From Candidatus Poribacteria bacterium (lineage in GTDB: Bacteria; Poribacteria; WGA-4E; WGA-3G), in the NCBI GenBank assembly GCA_964291315.2, contig OZ219753.1, positions 2,144,001-2,208,000 on the forward strand: a stretch of 64,000 bases of DNA, read 5' to 3'. Of this stretch, positions 28,180 to 38,286 are shown one piece after another (the first letter of the stretch is position 1; every line of letters begins with the position of its first letter). Both the position numbers and the translations under genes were made by a program. The notes under the pieces were generated by a model. That model was not told the origin of the DNA and did not search any database. It saw only the letters and a program-made list of their open reading frames with translations.

Positions 28180-28917
28180 TTATGAGATTCCATCCCAATA
28201 TTTCCACATATTGTTAGGTGTTTCAAATTTAATCTGGTCCAAATCTGTTCGGCAGTATCTACCGATAAGCGCGATTCTAACGTTGCTCCCGCAGTTCGGA
28301 CCTGCGGTATGACTCATCTGGTGGTGCCAGAAACAGACATCGCCGGCTTCGCCTCTGAATTCATAGCTGGGTCCTAAATCAAAGGGGGCGACACCGCCGG
28401 GGAGACTGTCCAAGTCGTGGTGTCTGAAATACTCTGCCCAGATCAGATGGCTGCCAGGCCAGACGGTAAATCCGCCTCCTAGTTTTTCAACTGTGTCGAG
28501 ATAGACGGTCGCGCCGAGTGTGAAGGAACCGACAACGCCTTTCGGAACACCGTTGGTAGGGGTGTGGTAGCCATCAAGATGTCCTATGGGTTCGCGCCAT
28601 TCTCTGTCTGGATCCGGGAAATTGATATGCGGTCCCGCTCCGCCTCCTGTGTTCAATGTGTTTTTGCCAACCAGCTCCTCGCCCATGGCAAAGACACGGT
28701 TTCCGTATATTGTGCTGCGAATAGCGTCTTCGCCGCCGACAGGCACCGTGCGGTAACCTTTACGAATCCAAGACTCTGGGGTGTTCCTATCTTCCTCGAG
28801 AACTTCCCAAATCCTATCGAGTGCGGCATCAACCTTTTCCGGTTCTACTGCCCGGCGTACAATCAGATAACCGTTTTCTTTAAAGAACGCTTTATTTTCT
28901 GCCGTTAGGTACGTCAT
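28180..28917 (-). CDS. Phytanoyl-CoA dioxygenase (PhyH) family Fe(II)/2OG oxygenase
   Basis: FFKENGYLIVR, HLDG (HxD), GGFTVWPGSH, GEAGDVCFWH..MSH, N...R. Confidence 0.9.
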   Translation of the reverse strand: MTYLTAENKAFFKENGYLIVRRAVEPEKVDAALDRIWEVLEEDRNTPESWIRKGYRTVPVGGEDAIRSTIYGNRVFAMGEELVGKNTLNTGGGAGPHINFPDPDREWREPIGHLDGYHTPTNGVPKGVVGSFTLGATVYLDTVEKLGGGFTVWPGSHLIWAEYFRHHDLDSLPGGVAPFDLGPSYEFRGEAGDVCFWHHQMSHTAGPNCGSNVRIALIGRYCRTDLDQIKFETPNNMWKYWDGIS

Positions 28918-28973
28918 AATTTAAGTACTCCTTTTGACTCGGAAATCCAACACATCTACGATCGAAAGGGCCG

Positions 28974-30098
28974 CTACATGCAGACCTCAAACCCATTTTC
29001 TTTTTGTGCTTTCTGGTAGGGTGTTTCCTCCAGATTCAGCCCGAAGCCGGGGCTCTGTGGCACGCTGACATAGCCATCAGAGATAGAATACCCGGAGTCG
29101 TCTAAGCCGGGTGTCGTCGCGTGATCCCATTCGACGAACTCGAACCGCTCGACCTTTGCTGCAAGGTGGCATGATACGTAATTTCCATAATGTCCACCAT
29201 AGTGGTGGGGGGCTGTGCCAACGTTAGATGCATCTAACTCAGGGCCCAACTCAAGCCAACGCGAGAAGCCGGGGTAGAAAATATCATATTGTACAATGTC
29301 AATAAGCCCCTCCTTTGCCCAATCCACAAGATGGGGTGACGCGCCGCCCTCGCCGTCAGCAATGCGGGTTTCCAAACCTTCAGCGTTCAGCCACTCCTTC
29401 AGGAGACTGTAAACCCGGGCATCTTCATGGAATGCCTCCTCCATCCAATAAACGTTCGAAGCCGCGGTGCCGCTGAGCACCTGCTTGGTGAGGTTGAGAT
29501 TATAGCCGTTATTTGCATCTATCAAAATCGTAGCATCGCCACCAACTGCCTCTCGCACGGCATGGATAACATCAATGTCGCGCTGTGTGCCTTTGTCAAG
29601 TGGCATGTGCATCGCGCCGCGTCCTACTTTGATTTTATAGGCGCTATGTCCGCGAGCTTTCCCTTCGAGTGCCTCAGAAGCGATAAGTGCAGCAGCTTCA
29701 ATGTTGTCTTCAAGATGCAGGTCATCAATATAAAGTGAAGTGTCGTAGCAGGGTGCGCGAAACGCCCCGTTCTGTCCAGAAAGCATCGTATAGACCGGTT
29801 TTTGCGCCAATGCGCCTACAAGGTCCCAGATCGGATACTCCAATATTCTGAATTCTTCCGTGACACCGTTCTCGATGTCAAATGCTTCACTAAGTTGAAA
29901 CCCGACGATCGCCTTCGCTTTTTCAGGCGAAATTGCGGAGAACCCGAAACCGATCGCGCCCCCCGTTGTTGTTATCCGGGCGATAGGCGGGCGTACCTGC
30001 AATCCATGCTCACCGAGTCTCGAATTGCAACCAGCTTTGCGGGGACGTTTGCCTGTCAACCGCGCCCATTCAATTCGTTCAATTCTTACGTTTTCCAA
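28974..30098 (-). CDS. Mandelate racemase/muconate lactonizing enzyme family protein
   Basis: YKIKVGRG, IDANNGY, WMEEAF, IADGE, PHHYG, PGFGL. Confidence 0.9.
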   Translation of the reverse strand: MENVRIERIEWARLTGKRPRKAGCNSRLGEHGLQVRPPIARITTTGGAIGFGFSAISPEKAKAIVGFQLSEAFDIENGVTEEFRILEYPIWDLVGALAQKPVYTMLSGQNGAFRAPCYDTSLYIDDLHLEDNIEAAALIASEALEGKARGHSAYKIKVGRGAMHMPLDKGTQRDIDVIHAVREAVGGDATILIDANNGYNLNLTKQVLSGTAASNVYWMEEAFHEDARVYSLLKEWLNAEGLETRIADGEGGASPHLVDWAKEGLIDIVQYDIFYPGFSRWLELGPELDASNVGTAPHHYGGHYGNYVSCHLAAKVERFEFVEWDHATTPGLDDSGYSISDGYVSVPQSPGFGLNLEETPYQKAQKENGFEVCM

Positions 30099-30232
30099 TC
30101 TTACTGACCTCCGTAGATGTGTCTAACTAAATTGATCATTTCCATTTCTTACCTTTACCAATAGTATATTTTAACAAATAAGATAAGAAACCTGCAAATT
30201 AGGTTGAAAAAGATGGCGCTGGAAAATAGTGA

Positions 30233-30742
30233 CTACAATTGGGTTTCAAGCAGGGCGATGCTGTCCGGATCTAAACGGTGGTAGTTCTCAATCTCGTAGC
30301 GATTACCGTCAGCATCTTTAATAAATACTTGTCCATTTTCAAGGGAGACGACATCGTATCGGGTGCGCATACCAAAGGTAACGGGCCCGCGGTTTGTCTC
30401 TACTACCCACCGTGTGACGCCGAATTCTCCATCGAGTTCATGAATTTTGGTAATCTTCGGCATAAAATATCGTTTTCGCAGCTCGGACAAGAGGGTTTCC
30501 CCGGACTCTCTCGATAATTGTTTGATGTCTTGGATGATACCAATTTCCGCACCTTCGCTATCTAAAAGAGCGATATATTTGCTAGAATCGGTAAGCGGGA
30601 AGGATCGGACGGCTTCAACATTTGTGTGGCTAGCGCCATTCGGTAGTTCAACAGTGAGTTCTGCGAATGAATTCCTGGCAATCTTAACATTGGCAGCATC
30701 AAGGAATTGCACTTCATCGGTGATCTTTGTAGCTTTCTGCAT
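30233..30742 (-). CDS. DUF1854-family protein
   Basis: VRSFPLTD, RYFMPKITKI, WVVETNRG, DADGNRYEI; directly downstream of an ABC exporter. Confidence 0.8.
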   Translation of the reverse strand: MQKATKITDEVQFLDAANVKIARNSFAELTVELPNGASHTNVEAVRSFPLTDSSKYIALLDSEGAEIGIIQDIKQLSRESGETLLSELRKRYFMPKITKIHELDGEFGVTRWVVETNRGPVTFGMRTRYDVVSLENGQVFIKDADGNRYEIENYHRLDPDSIALLETQL

Positions 30743-30824
30743 TACGTAGTTTCTCCTCCTTCTGTATCAAGAAAGACGGTTCTGGTGCAAGCTTTCAAGG
30801 CGCACACCAGAACGGTATATTTAC

Positions 30825-33281
30825 CTATAAGGCACGAATCTTTGACAATTCTGTCTGCTTATGACACAAGACTGCATAGGTTCCATCTTTGGCAAGCAGT
30901 TCTTCGTGTGTGCCGATTTCATCAACTTTCCCATCTTTTAGTACAACCAGGCGGTCGGCATACTTGAGCGTGGAAAGTCGATGTGCAATCGCAAAGACGG
31001 TACGCCCCCGGACAAGCCGTTCCAATGCTTCTTGGATATTCGACTCGGTCTCTGTATCGACAGATGATGTTGCTTCATCCAAGATGAGAATTCTCGGGTC
31101 TTTCAAGATAGCGCGCGCGATAGAAATCCGCTGGCGTTCACCGCCAGAGACGCGCGCGCCTCGTTCCCCGACCATCGTATCGTAGCCATCAGGGAACTTG
31201 ACGATAAATTCATGAGCATTCGCGGCTTTCGCTGCGGCAATAATTTCATGCCGAGTGGCCCCCGGTTTTGAGTACCCAATATTTTCAGCCACTGTGCCCT
31301 GGAACAAGAAAGGTTCTTGAAGGACCACACCTATCTGCTGTCTTAACATTTTCAGCTTAATATCACGGCTATCGCGTCCATCAATCTCTATTGAACCTTC
31401 ACTAGGGTCGTAGAAACGGGTAATTAGGTTAATCACAGTGCTTTTACCTGCTCCACTATGCCCAACAAGCCCGATCATCTCACCCGCTTTTGCACGAAAA
31501 CTGACACCGTTGACAGCGTTTTTCTCTGTATCATAAGAAAAGTAGACGTTCTTGAACTCAACATCACCTTTGATGTTTTCAAGACTAATAGCGTCTTTTC
31601 TATCCGCAACACTTGGTGGGGTGTCTATGACTTCAAAGACACGATCGGCAGAAGTTGCTGCTCGTATGAATCGTTCGTTCATCCGACAGAGCGTATTAAC
31701 TGGTATGAAGAACTGTCCCATGAGTCCTTGGAACACAGCGAGTTGCCCGAGAGTTAATGTGCCTCCGAAAATTTGCCCTCCTCCTACCAACCATATCAGA
31801 ATTGTACCAGAGTAAATAATAAATTCCATGATGGGGCGGTAGAGTGTCCACAACTTCGCTGCATTCATTTCTCCGGCAAACACCTGATGTGTCTTTTCAT
31901 TAAACCTACTCACCTCGTACCGTTCGCGTGCGAAGGCTTTAACGACCCGGACCCCTGGAATAGTGCTTGCCAATATAGTGCTGATATCAGCGTATCGTTT
32001 CCATAAGACAGAAAACACCTTGCTCATCTTTTGACCGAAGAAGATGGTGAAAAAGATAAGACAAGGTACTGGAATTAGCGTCCATGCGGCCAGTTTCCAA
32101 TTGGTAAGGAACATAATGGCACAGATGTAAATGAGTGTAAACGAATCACCGATGAGGTCTTGCAGTCCATTGGCGATGAAATCCCGGAGCCTCGCGACAT
32201 CGCTTGTGATTCTCGACATGAGATTACCGGTGTCGCGCTGATTGTAAAAATCTAAGGAGAGCGAGTTGAGGTGCTCATAAGTTTCATTCCGGAGCCGGCG
32301 CGTGATGTTTTGTCCCACCCAGGCCATCATGTACCCGCGAACAGCGGAAGTCCCTAGGGTGAAAAGACGGAAACTTGCCATAAGAAAAACAATAGTGAGG
32401 AGATGCCCCCAACTTCCAGCAACGGGGAGCGTTAGCCACCCCGAGACACCGTCAACTATCCAGCTAAGTTTACCCCAGGTTGGAGGCGGGAGCGGTTCTC
32501 CGGTTTCGGTCACCACGGCCCCGCTAACCGCTGCACCAGCCGGGACAAGAATATTATCAATCATTTCCTCGCTAAGAACAATCGGTAACAGCGAGACAAG
32601 TCGAATCACCATCATCAATATTAGTGCAGGAACCGCGACGTGCCAGAACGGTGATGAATATTTGATGAGTCGGAAGATGAGTTTGCCTTTTTCGACACAA
32701 TTGACACAAACCCCAGACCAACGGGGTAGCGGTTGTCCACATTTTTCGCATTTTCCCTTATTTTTCCCTAGTCCCTGCGGCCGGTGCTGCTTCTCTTGTT
32801 CTGCATCTGGATTCGCGCCTTGGATGAGCGTCTCTAACTCTGGCATCACCAGTTCAAACTTCGGTGTGAAGCGGCGCGAGTAGCGTGCCAATTCAACCGC
32901 TTTATCGGAGGTGCGGACCTTTAAGATGTTGTTTCCATACATCTCAACGATTTCAACAGTAGAAACTGATGCAAGCGGGATTTCCTGGATCCCATGTTGT
33001 GGCGCGCCGTTTTGATTAAAGGCGACAAGCCGCCTATCAGTAGCAATCAACCAGTCTTTCCCATATTTTCCATCGAACTTGAGATCCGTTGAAACGGCAA
33101 CTTTAATTTTTTCGTCATTTGTTAGCAGTGCTTGTACCTGTTGTTCTAGCTCTTCAGGTACTTTTTCCATTGTGGTTAGCTCGTTTCCATCTTGTTGTTC
33201 GAAAGTAGGATTTCCATTAAAAGGTCTTTTCCGTAAAGATTCCTTTCTTACATTAGATGGTTTCGGCATTATCCCTCGCAT
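30825..33281 (-). CDS. ABC exporter (permease plus ATPase) with N-terminal PH-like domain and Zn ribbon
   Basis: GHSGAGKS, VSGGERQRISIARA, ILDEATS, IAHRLST; N-terminal WLIATDRRL domain and CEKC..CVNC. Confidence 0.93.
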   Translation of the reverse strand: MRGIMPKPSNVRKESLRKRPFNGNPTFEQQDGNELTTMEKVPEELEQQVQALLTNDEKIKVAVSTDLKFDGKYGKDWLIATDRRLVAFNQNGAPQHGIQEIPLASVSTVEIVEMYGNNILKVRTSDKAVELARYSRRFTPKFELVMPELETLIQGANPDAEQEKQHRPQGLGKNKGKCEKCGQPLPRWSGVCVNCVEKGKLIFRLIKYSSPFWHVAVPALILMMVIRLVSLLPIVLSEEMIDNILVPAGAAVSGAVVTETGEPLPPPTWGKLSWIVDGVSGWLTLPVAGSWGHLLTIVFLMASFRLFTLGTSAVRGYMMAWVGQNITRRLRNETYEHLNSLSLDFYNQRDTGNLMSRITSDVARLRDFIANGLQDLIGDSFTLIYICAIMFLTNWKLAAWTLIPVPCLIFFTIFFGQKMSKVFSVLWKRYADISTILASTIPGVRVVKAFARERYEVSRFNEKTHQVFAGEMNAAKLWTLYRPIMEFIIYSGTILIWLVGGGQIFGGTLTLGQLAVFQGLMGQFFIPVNTLCRMNERFIRAATSADRVFEVIDTPPSVADRKDAISLENIKGDVEFKNVYFSYDTEKNAVNGVSFRAKAGEMIGLVGHSGAGKSTVINLITRFYDPSEGSIEIDGRDSRDIKLKMLRQQIGVVLQEPFLFQGTVAENIGYSKPGATRHEIIAAAKAANAHEFIVKFPDGYDTMVGERGARVSGGERQRISIARAILKDPRILILDEATSSVDTETESNIQEALERLVRGRTVFAIAHRLSTLKYADRLVVLKDGKVDEIGTHEELLAKDGTYAVLCHKQTELSKIRAL

Positions 33282-33480
33282 AAATTAAAACCCCCAAAGA
33301 TTAAAGGCATGGTTTAGTAGCCTATATTAAACACTTAGGATATTTTATTTAACGGAAATCTTAGGGAAAAGTTGAATAAAAGTAGAAAAAAAATAAAAAA
33401 GTGTGGATAATACCTTAAACCGTGTTTCTGCGGGGCGGTTGAAACCTGAGCTAGCAATTAACCTTTTCCAGCTCGAGCTT

Positions 33481-35178
33481 CTAAGGGCGCCGCGATTCCT
33501 GAATCCTGCGAAAACCTGCGACCGCCAAAAATAGCAACACAATTACACCTGTTCCACTAGCAACTCCTATCTTTGAAGAGACACCGAGAGCAGCGGGGAG
33601 GTAACCAGAAAATAGAGCGATAGTTGCAACAGTAAGACTATAAGGCAGCTGCGTTCTCACATGATGCAACGGGTCACAACTACTGGCAATAGAGCTGAGA
33701 ATCGTTGTATCTGAGAGGGGTGAGCAGTGGTCCCCGAAGATTGCTCCATCTAATACCGTAGCGAGACAGATGATTGTGGTTAGTCCGTAGCTCCCGTTGT
33801 CAAGCGAGAACGCCACTGGAATAGCGGTCGGGATCAGGATTGCCATCGTTCCCCAACTTGTGCCGGTTGCGAAAGAGGTCACAGAGGCGCACACAAAGAC
33901 GAAAAGCGGAAACCAAAGCGGCGATACGACCTCGCCGAGCATCGTAGCCAGAAATTGACCCGTCATCAATCTATCGCAGCTCGCTTTTAAACCCCATGCC
34001 AATAACAGAACGCTCAATGGGGTGAGGCTACTTTTCACACCGCTCCAGATAACTGGGGTGATCTCTGAGAACCGCAGTTTCGAGAGGAAGCGCGCACAGA
34101 CAATCGCCAGAACACATGCACTCGCGGCGGCCGAAGCGAGAATCTTGACGTTGTCTGCCGCTGAAAGTGCGTCTCGCCAAGCAGTGAGTGAGAGAACAGA
34201 CCCCGTGCCTTTACCGTCTATCCAGAAACCGCCCAGAAGCAATCCGGAAAGCGCCAAAAGAGGCAAAACTGCTGATAAAGGTTGGATAACAGCGTTTGGT
34301 AAGCTGGTAAAAGAAGCAGCGTGTCCCAATGCTTCGGCATCTGCGGAGGCAACCGCTCCTGTCTCCCGCGCACGCGCCTCCGCCTTATGCATCGCGCCGT
34401 AGTCTCTGCCACTAATAGCATTGACAATAACAAAGATAACGGTTAGAATGCAATAAAACCGAAAGCCGAGTGCGTCGAAGAACATTGAATATCCGTCGCG
34501 GTCGAGTCCGATCGTCTCAGCCACATCGTTAAAGAGTCCTACTTCGTAGCCGATCCAAGTGCTTACAAACGCCAGTCCGGCAATCGGGGCGCTTGTGGAA
34601 TCCACAAGAAATGCCAATTTCTCGCGACTGACCCGATAATGGTCAGTGAGCGGACGCATCGTTGGTCCGACAAGCATCGCGTTGGAGTAATCTCCAATAA
34701 AAATGAGGATTCCCATCAAACCTGTGATAAATTGCGCCGACCGTGGCCCTTTTGCAAACTGGGAGAGCCAGATAACAACACCACTGATACCGCCCGAGGC
34801 AACCACTACGGAGATCGTTGTTATGATAAGACAGACGAACAAGACAACCCAAAAATTGAAGAGGTCCACGCTATCATTGCCAATGCTCACCGCGCGAACA
34901 AACCAGACGACTTCGATCAAAAAACCGGTCGGTGTGAAGTGTTGTTGATACCACGAGAGTACGACCCCGACCCCGACAGCTATACAGAGGCTCAGAAACA
35001 GTCGGGTTGTCAGGATTGCTAACGTCACAGCGAGTAGCGGCGGGATTACGCTGTACCACACCAAGGTTTCCGCACCGGCATCTGAGAACGAGGCGGTCTG
35101 CTCTGCACGTCCCCTGAAAATAACGCATATTCCAAAAAAGATTAAAAAACCGATTACATATTTTAGTCTAGAATTCAT
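33481..35178 (-). CDS. Na+/H+ antiporter NhaC-family transporter
   Basis: SVIPPLLAV, SREKLAFLVDSTSAP, STWIGYE, FATGTSWGTMAI, GAIFGDHCSPLSDTTILSS. Confidence 0.9.
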   Translation of the reverse strand: MNSRLKYVIGFLIFFGICVIFRGRAEQTASFSDAGAETLVWYSVIPPLLAVTLAILTTRLFLSLCIAVGVGVVLSWYQQHFTPTGFLIEVVWFVRAVSIGNDSVDLFNFWVVLFVCLIITTISVVVASGGISGVVIWLSQFAKGPRSAQFITGLMGILIFIGDYSNAMLVGPTMRPLTDHYRVSREKLAFLVDSTSAPIAGLAFVSTWIGYEVGLFNDVAETIGLDRDGYSMFFDALGFRFYCILTVIFVIVNAISGRDYGAMHKAEARARETGAVASADAEALGHAASFTSLPNAVIQPLSAVLPLLALSGLLLGGFWIDGKGTGSVLSLTAWRDALSAADNVKILASAAASACVLAIVCARFLSKLRFSEITPVIWSGVKSSLTPLSVLLLAWGLKASCDRLMTGQFLATMLGEVVSPLWFPLFVFVCASVTSFATGTSWGTMAILIPTAIPVAFSLDNGSYGLTTIICLATVLDGAIFGDHCSPLSDTTILSSIASSCDPLHHVRTQLPYSLTVATIALFSGYLPAALGVSSKIGVASGTGVIVLLFLAVAGFRRIQESRRP

Positions 35179-35538
35179 CAGTGTCTATTATTTTATGTAT
35201 CCTCTTTCAGCAAGCAGGTTTTATATCTTGCGGCTGATGTGTATAATAGCAGTTTCTGGTGCAACTTACAAACTAAAACTGTGTGTGGTGTTTTTTATCT
35301 CATATAACAACAGCTTCATTTTTTTGTAACTTTTTCTCCATTCTTTACACTTATAACTTAATAGAGAGCGGGTGACGGATTGGACAAAGCGTTATCGTCT
35401 ATTTTCGGCTTCTTGATAGGGTATGCCGAAATAGTTGTGTAATGTAAGTCCCGAGTATGTCTTCCAAGGTGCACCGATCCGTTAACCCTAATAATAAAGT
35501 TTAGGTGCGCCGGCGGGAGACCAAGGAGGTAAACTAAG

Positions 35539-36279
35539 ATGTTCCGCGATATACTTTCAAATCGTCTGTTTCTCACGAGTATAGTTTTCTTTGTTGTTAT
35601 CGTCAGTTGCAGCTTGATTTATAGCTGGCGAGTTCACAAGAGCAGTGAAGAAGCAGTAGAGTTGACAAGGCAGCAGGTGCAGCGGCTTGAAGAACCTACA
35701 GCCCCAGATCCCGAAGTGGCCTCCGTAGATAGCAGCCCGGTGGTTTCTGAGCCAGCAGAGATGCCCCCACGGGAGGCGGGTGCGATGTCGCCTGCTGCGG
35801 CAACCGTTGCACACCTTATGGACCTTGTGGAGTCAGTCTCTGCTGATGACCCTGTGCCGTTGGCAGAGTCTGCCGAAGAGGTGGGCGTTTCTCCGTTCGG
35901 TTTTGGTCCTTATCCGGAGTTGCCGGAGGGTTGGCCAGCAGATGAGATATGGCCCTGCTCTTCTCCAGATCATGAGTTGATGGCGCGCGTCTTCGTGAAG
36001 TTAGCTCATCAAGGAATAACTACTATAGGAGGCACGATGGGAAATGGGCTGGTATATCCAACGTATCCCGGCGCTGTCTATATTACATGGGCGTATCGAG
36101 AAGATGGTGTTCTCTATATTGAAAGTCTGTCTGGTGATGATGAGCCTTTCGATCGGATCAGGGCGATTGAAGAGGCGAGGGGCGACGATTTTAGCAAGTC
36201 AGACATTCCATCGGACATAAAAGTCCTCTCTTATGAAGAGGACGGTATCGACCCGTATACATTTCTGAATCTACAATAA
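35539..36279 (+). CDS. Hypothetical membrane-anchored protein
   Basis: RBS aaggagg, N-terminal TM, acidic/Pro linker, C-terminal globular part (VSPFGFGPYPELP...GIDPYTFLNL). Confidence 0.75.
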   Translation: MFRDILSNRLFLTSIVFFVVIVSCSLIYSWRVHKSSEEAVELTRQQVQRLEEPTAPDPEVASVDSSPVVSEPAEMPPREAGAMSPAAATVAHLMDLVESVSADDPVPLAESAEEVGVSPFGFGPYPELPEGWPADEIWPCSSPDHELMARVFVKLAHQGITTIGGTMGNGLVYPTYPGAVYITWAYREDGVLYIESLSGDDEPFDRIRAIEEARGDDFSKSDIPSDIKVLSYEEDGIDPYTFLNLQ

Positions 36280-36290
36280 GGAGAAAAACC

Positions 36291-36827
36291 GTGAAGAAGT
36301 CTTTTCGTAATACCCTGGTTGTTCTGCTGATAGCGTTGTTTAGCGGAACCTGCCTGTGGGCGTATAATAATATCTTGAACAATAGAGAGAACGTAAAAGC
36401 AAAGTGGGGAAAACGGACATCCGAGGATTCAGATGGATCCGTGCGCGCCAAGGCCTATATCGACGTGGATGTGGATTATCCTGGAGAAGAGTGGTGGATC
36501 GACCTCCTAAAACGTTATCGTATAACATATGAAGCGAAATCCGAAGTCAGGGCCTCTTTTGGTTGGGGCAGGGAAGGACACTATTCTCTTTCCTCGGCAG
36601 TACCTGGTTCTACCCGCTATAAGAGTAAAACATGGTCATGGCATTTGAAAGACGACCTCAAAGCTGAGAAATTTGATAAACGATCTGATGGCAATAGTCT
36701 GCTTGACATGGATGAAGACGACATTCGGTCAGAGCTCGATAGGTGCATTGCGACTGGCCGGGTAAATCAAGACAGCAACCCGAGCTCGGGTTCTGAGGCC
36801 TATAGTTCTGTCGCGTCTGCTTATTAG
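36291..36827 (+). CDS. Hypothetical secreted protein
   Basis: RBS aaggag, signal peptide, 11 bp after the previous gene, followed by a terminator. Confidence 0.75.
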   Translation: MKKSFRNTLVVLLIALFSGTCLWAYNNILNNRENVKAKWGKRTSEDSDGSVRAKAYIDVDVDYPGEEWWIDLLKRYRITYEAKSEVRASFGWGREGHYSLSSAVPGSTRYKSKTWSWHLKDDLKAEKFDKRSDGNSLLDMDEDDIRSELDRCIATGRVNQDSNPSSGSEAYSSVASAY

Positions 36828-36855
36828 ATTAACGTCTGAGATGGGCTGAGAATAG

Positions 36856-36910
36856 AAAAGGGGCGTGATGGCGGGTAGGTTTTATAACCGACGACTATCA
36901 CGCCCTTTTT
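36856..36910. terminator. Probable bidirectional intrinsic terminator
   Basis: aaaaggggcgtgatgg...ctatcacgcccttttt hairpin with A and T tails. Confidence 0.65.
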
Positions 36911-37226
36911 AACGCTGGATATGCGCAATCGTCAACCTACCATTTGTAGTAGAAGATTTAGTCTTGTTGATGTGTGATGCACTTGAGGAAATCTATAGGG
37001 CCTACCTCTGATGGCAGATCTTCAAATAAGTGTGTAGTGTCATGAAAATGCAATCTGTTTAGAAAAAAGAGGTTGACTTTTAGTGCATGAGATGGCATTC
37101 TAAGACCCATATTAACCTTGTTAGGATGCCATATCGTGAAAGCATAGGTTAAAAAAATCATTTTTTTCAACCTTTACGGTTACAGTTATTATGTTGCGGA
37201 TACGACGACAACACATTACAAGTCTT

Positions 37227-37437
37227 ATCACAGAGGTCCTACCGTGCCGAATACACATCCGCATCCACACACTGCAACACTCACGGAACGGATTTGGTAT
37301 TCAGGCACGAGACAGTTGAACACCTTGTGTGATGGAAGCCACCGACAGATGGCAAGTAGTGGCTCTAACAACGTCTAAACGGGTAGAAATGTTAACTCTA
37401 GAGACGGAAGCAGTGGAATGCCTGTTTCCGTCCTAGA
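37227..37437 (+). ncRNA. Candidate structured leader RNA (unassigned)
   Basis: Nested stems 37227-37237/37322-37333, 37243-37254/37297-37309 and 37257-37261/37289-37293; then hairpins 37338-37363 and 37397-37437 just before RBS aggagg. Confidence 0.4.
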
Positions 37438-37460
37438 CTTCGTAAAAAGGAGGATTTCTC

Positions 37461-38117
37461 ATGCGTCGCTTTACTATTGCTGTTATTATCATCTGTGCCC
37501 TTTCGATGATAGCGGTTCTCTATATGGAACATGACACTCGCACATTTATCAAAACCTTGGCCCCGCCTGTTTCAAGCACAATCCAGCAGAACGCTCACAC
37601 TCAGGAAAAGATGGATCCCGTCTCAAGAGAAGAAACAGTTCGGGCTGCCGTGCAGGATCCCCAAGGCATCGTTGACAAAGCAGCTACTGATACCCATGTT
37701 CATCAAACAGATCATCCACATCCGCACGAGCACACAGAGGACAAACACACGCGCAGGGCTGCCTCTGACACATTGAAAATGCAGCGATCTGCGGTTGCTT
37801 CAGAGACCGCCCCGCAAGCGAAGGACGATTTGAAAAGCGATCGTTCCAAACCGCTGGAGGGGCTCAAGGCAAAGTTAATTGAAGAGCATGGAGATATTCC
37901 GCTAGTGCATAGGTATATTGAGCTCAGAAGGAAGGAACTCAATAGAGAACCAATGACAATGGATGAGGTGAGTGCTTTATGGGAGGCGATAATAGTTTTC
38001 AACCCGCATCCTGAAAATCTGAAGAGCTATGAACTGATAAAAAAGCTCTCATCGCAAGCGGATCCTGATAGGTTTGAGATAAGGTATGATCTGAAAAAAG
38101 GAGAGAGAGATCAATGA
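37461..38117 (+). CDS. Hypothetical N-terminally anchored protein with His-rich linker
   Basis: Strong RBS, N-terminal TM, HVHQTDHPHPHEH stretch, followed by a terminator. Confidence 0.75.
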   Translation: MRRFTIAVIIICALSMIAVLYMEHDTRTFIKTLAPPVSSTIQQNAHTQEKMDPVSREETVRAAVQDPQGIVDKAATDTHVHQTDHPHPHEHTEDKHTRRAASDTLKMQRSAVASETAPQAKDDLKSDRSKPLEGLKAKLIEEHGDIPLVHRYIELRRKELNREPMTMDEVSALWEAIIVFNPHPENLKSYELIKKLSSQADPDRFEIRYDLKKGERDQ

Positions 38118-38212
38118 AACCTACCTAACTCTGGAGGGTGGCATCCATGTTTCACGCTCCAGAGTTTTTCTTTTGGGAGATATGTTTTCTAAACCCCGCA
38201 GGTCTTCCATTA
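37960..38212 (+). repeat. First copy of ~254-bp direct repeat (partner 38972-39225)
   Basis: The 3' end of the 37461 gene, its terminator and downstream sequence recur near-identically after the sigma gene. Confidence 0.9.
38127..38174 (+). terminator. Intrinsic terminator
   Basis: aactctggag...ctccagagtt hairpin followed by a T tract. Confidence 0.75.
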
Positions 38213-38286
38213 AGCTAAACCCTGTCGTGTTTTTTATTTCATATTCTCCGTTTTTTACACCTAATTTGATAATGTGGGGTATCGAC

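Noticed and set aside
37227-37437. SRP RNA, 6S RNA or cobalamin riboswitch
   Set aside because: Diagnostic conserved motifs not found on either strand; kept only as an unassigned structured candidate.
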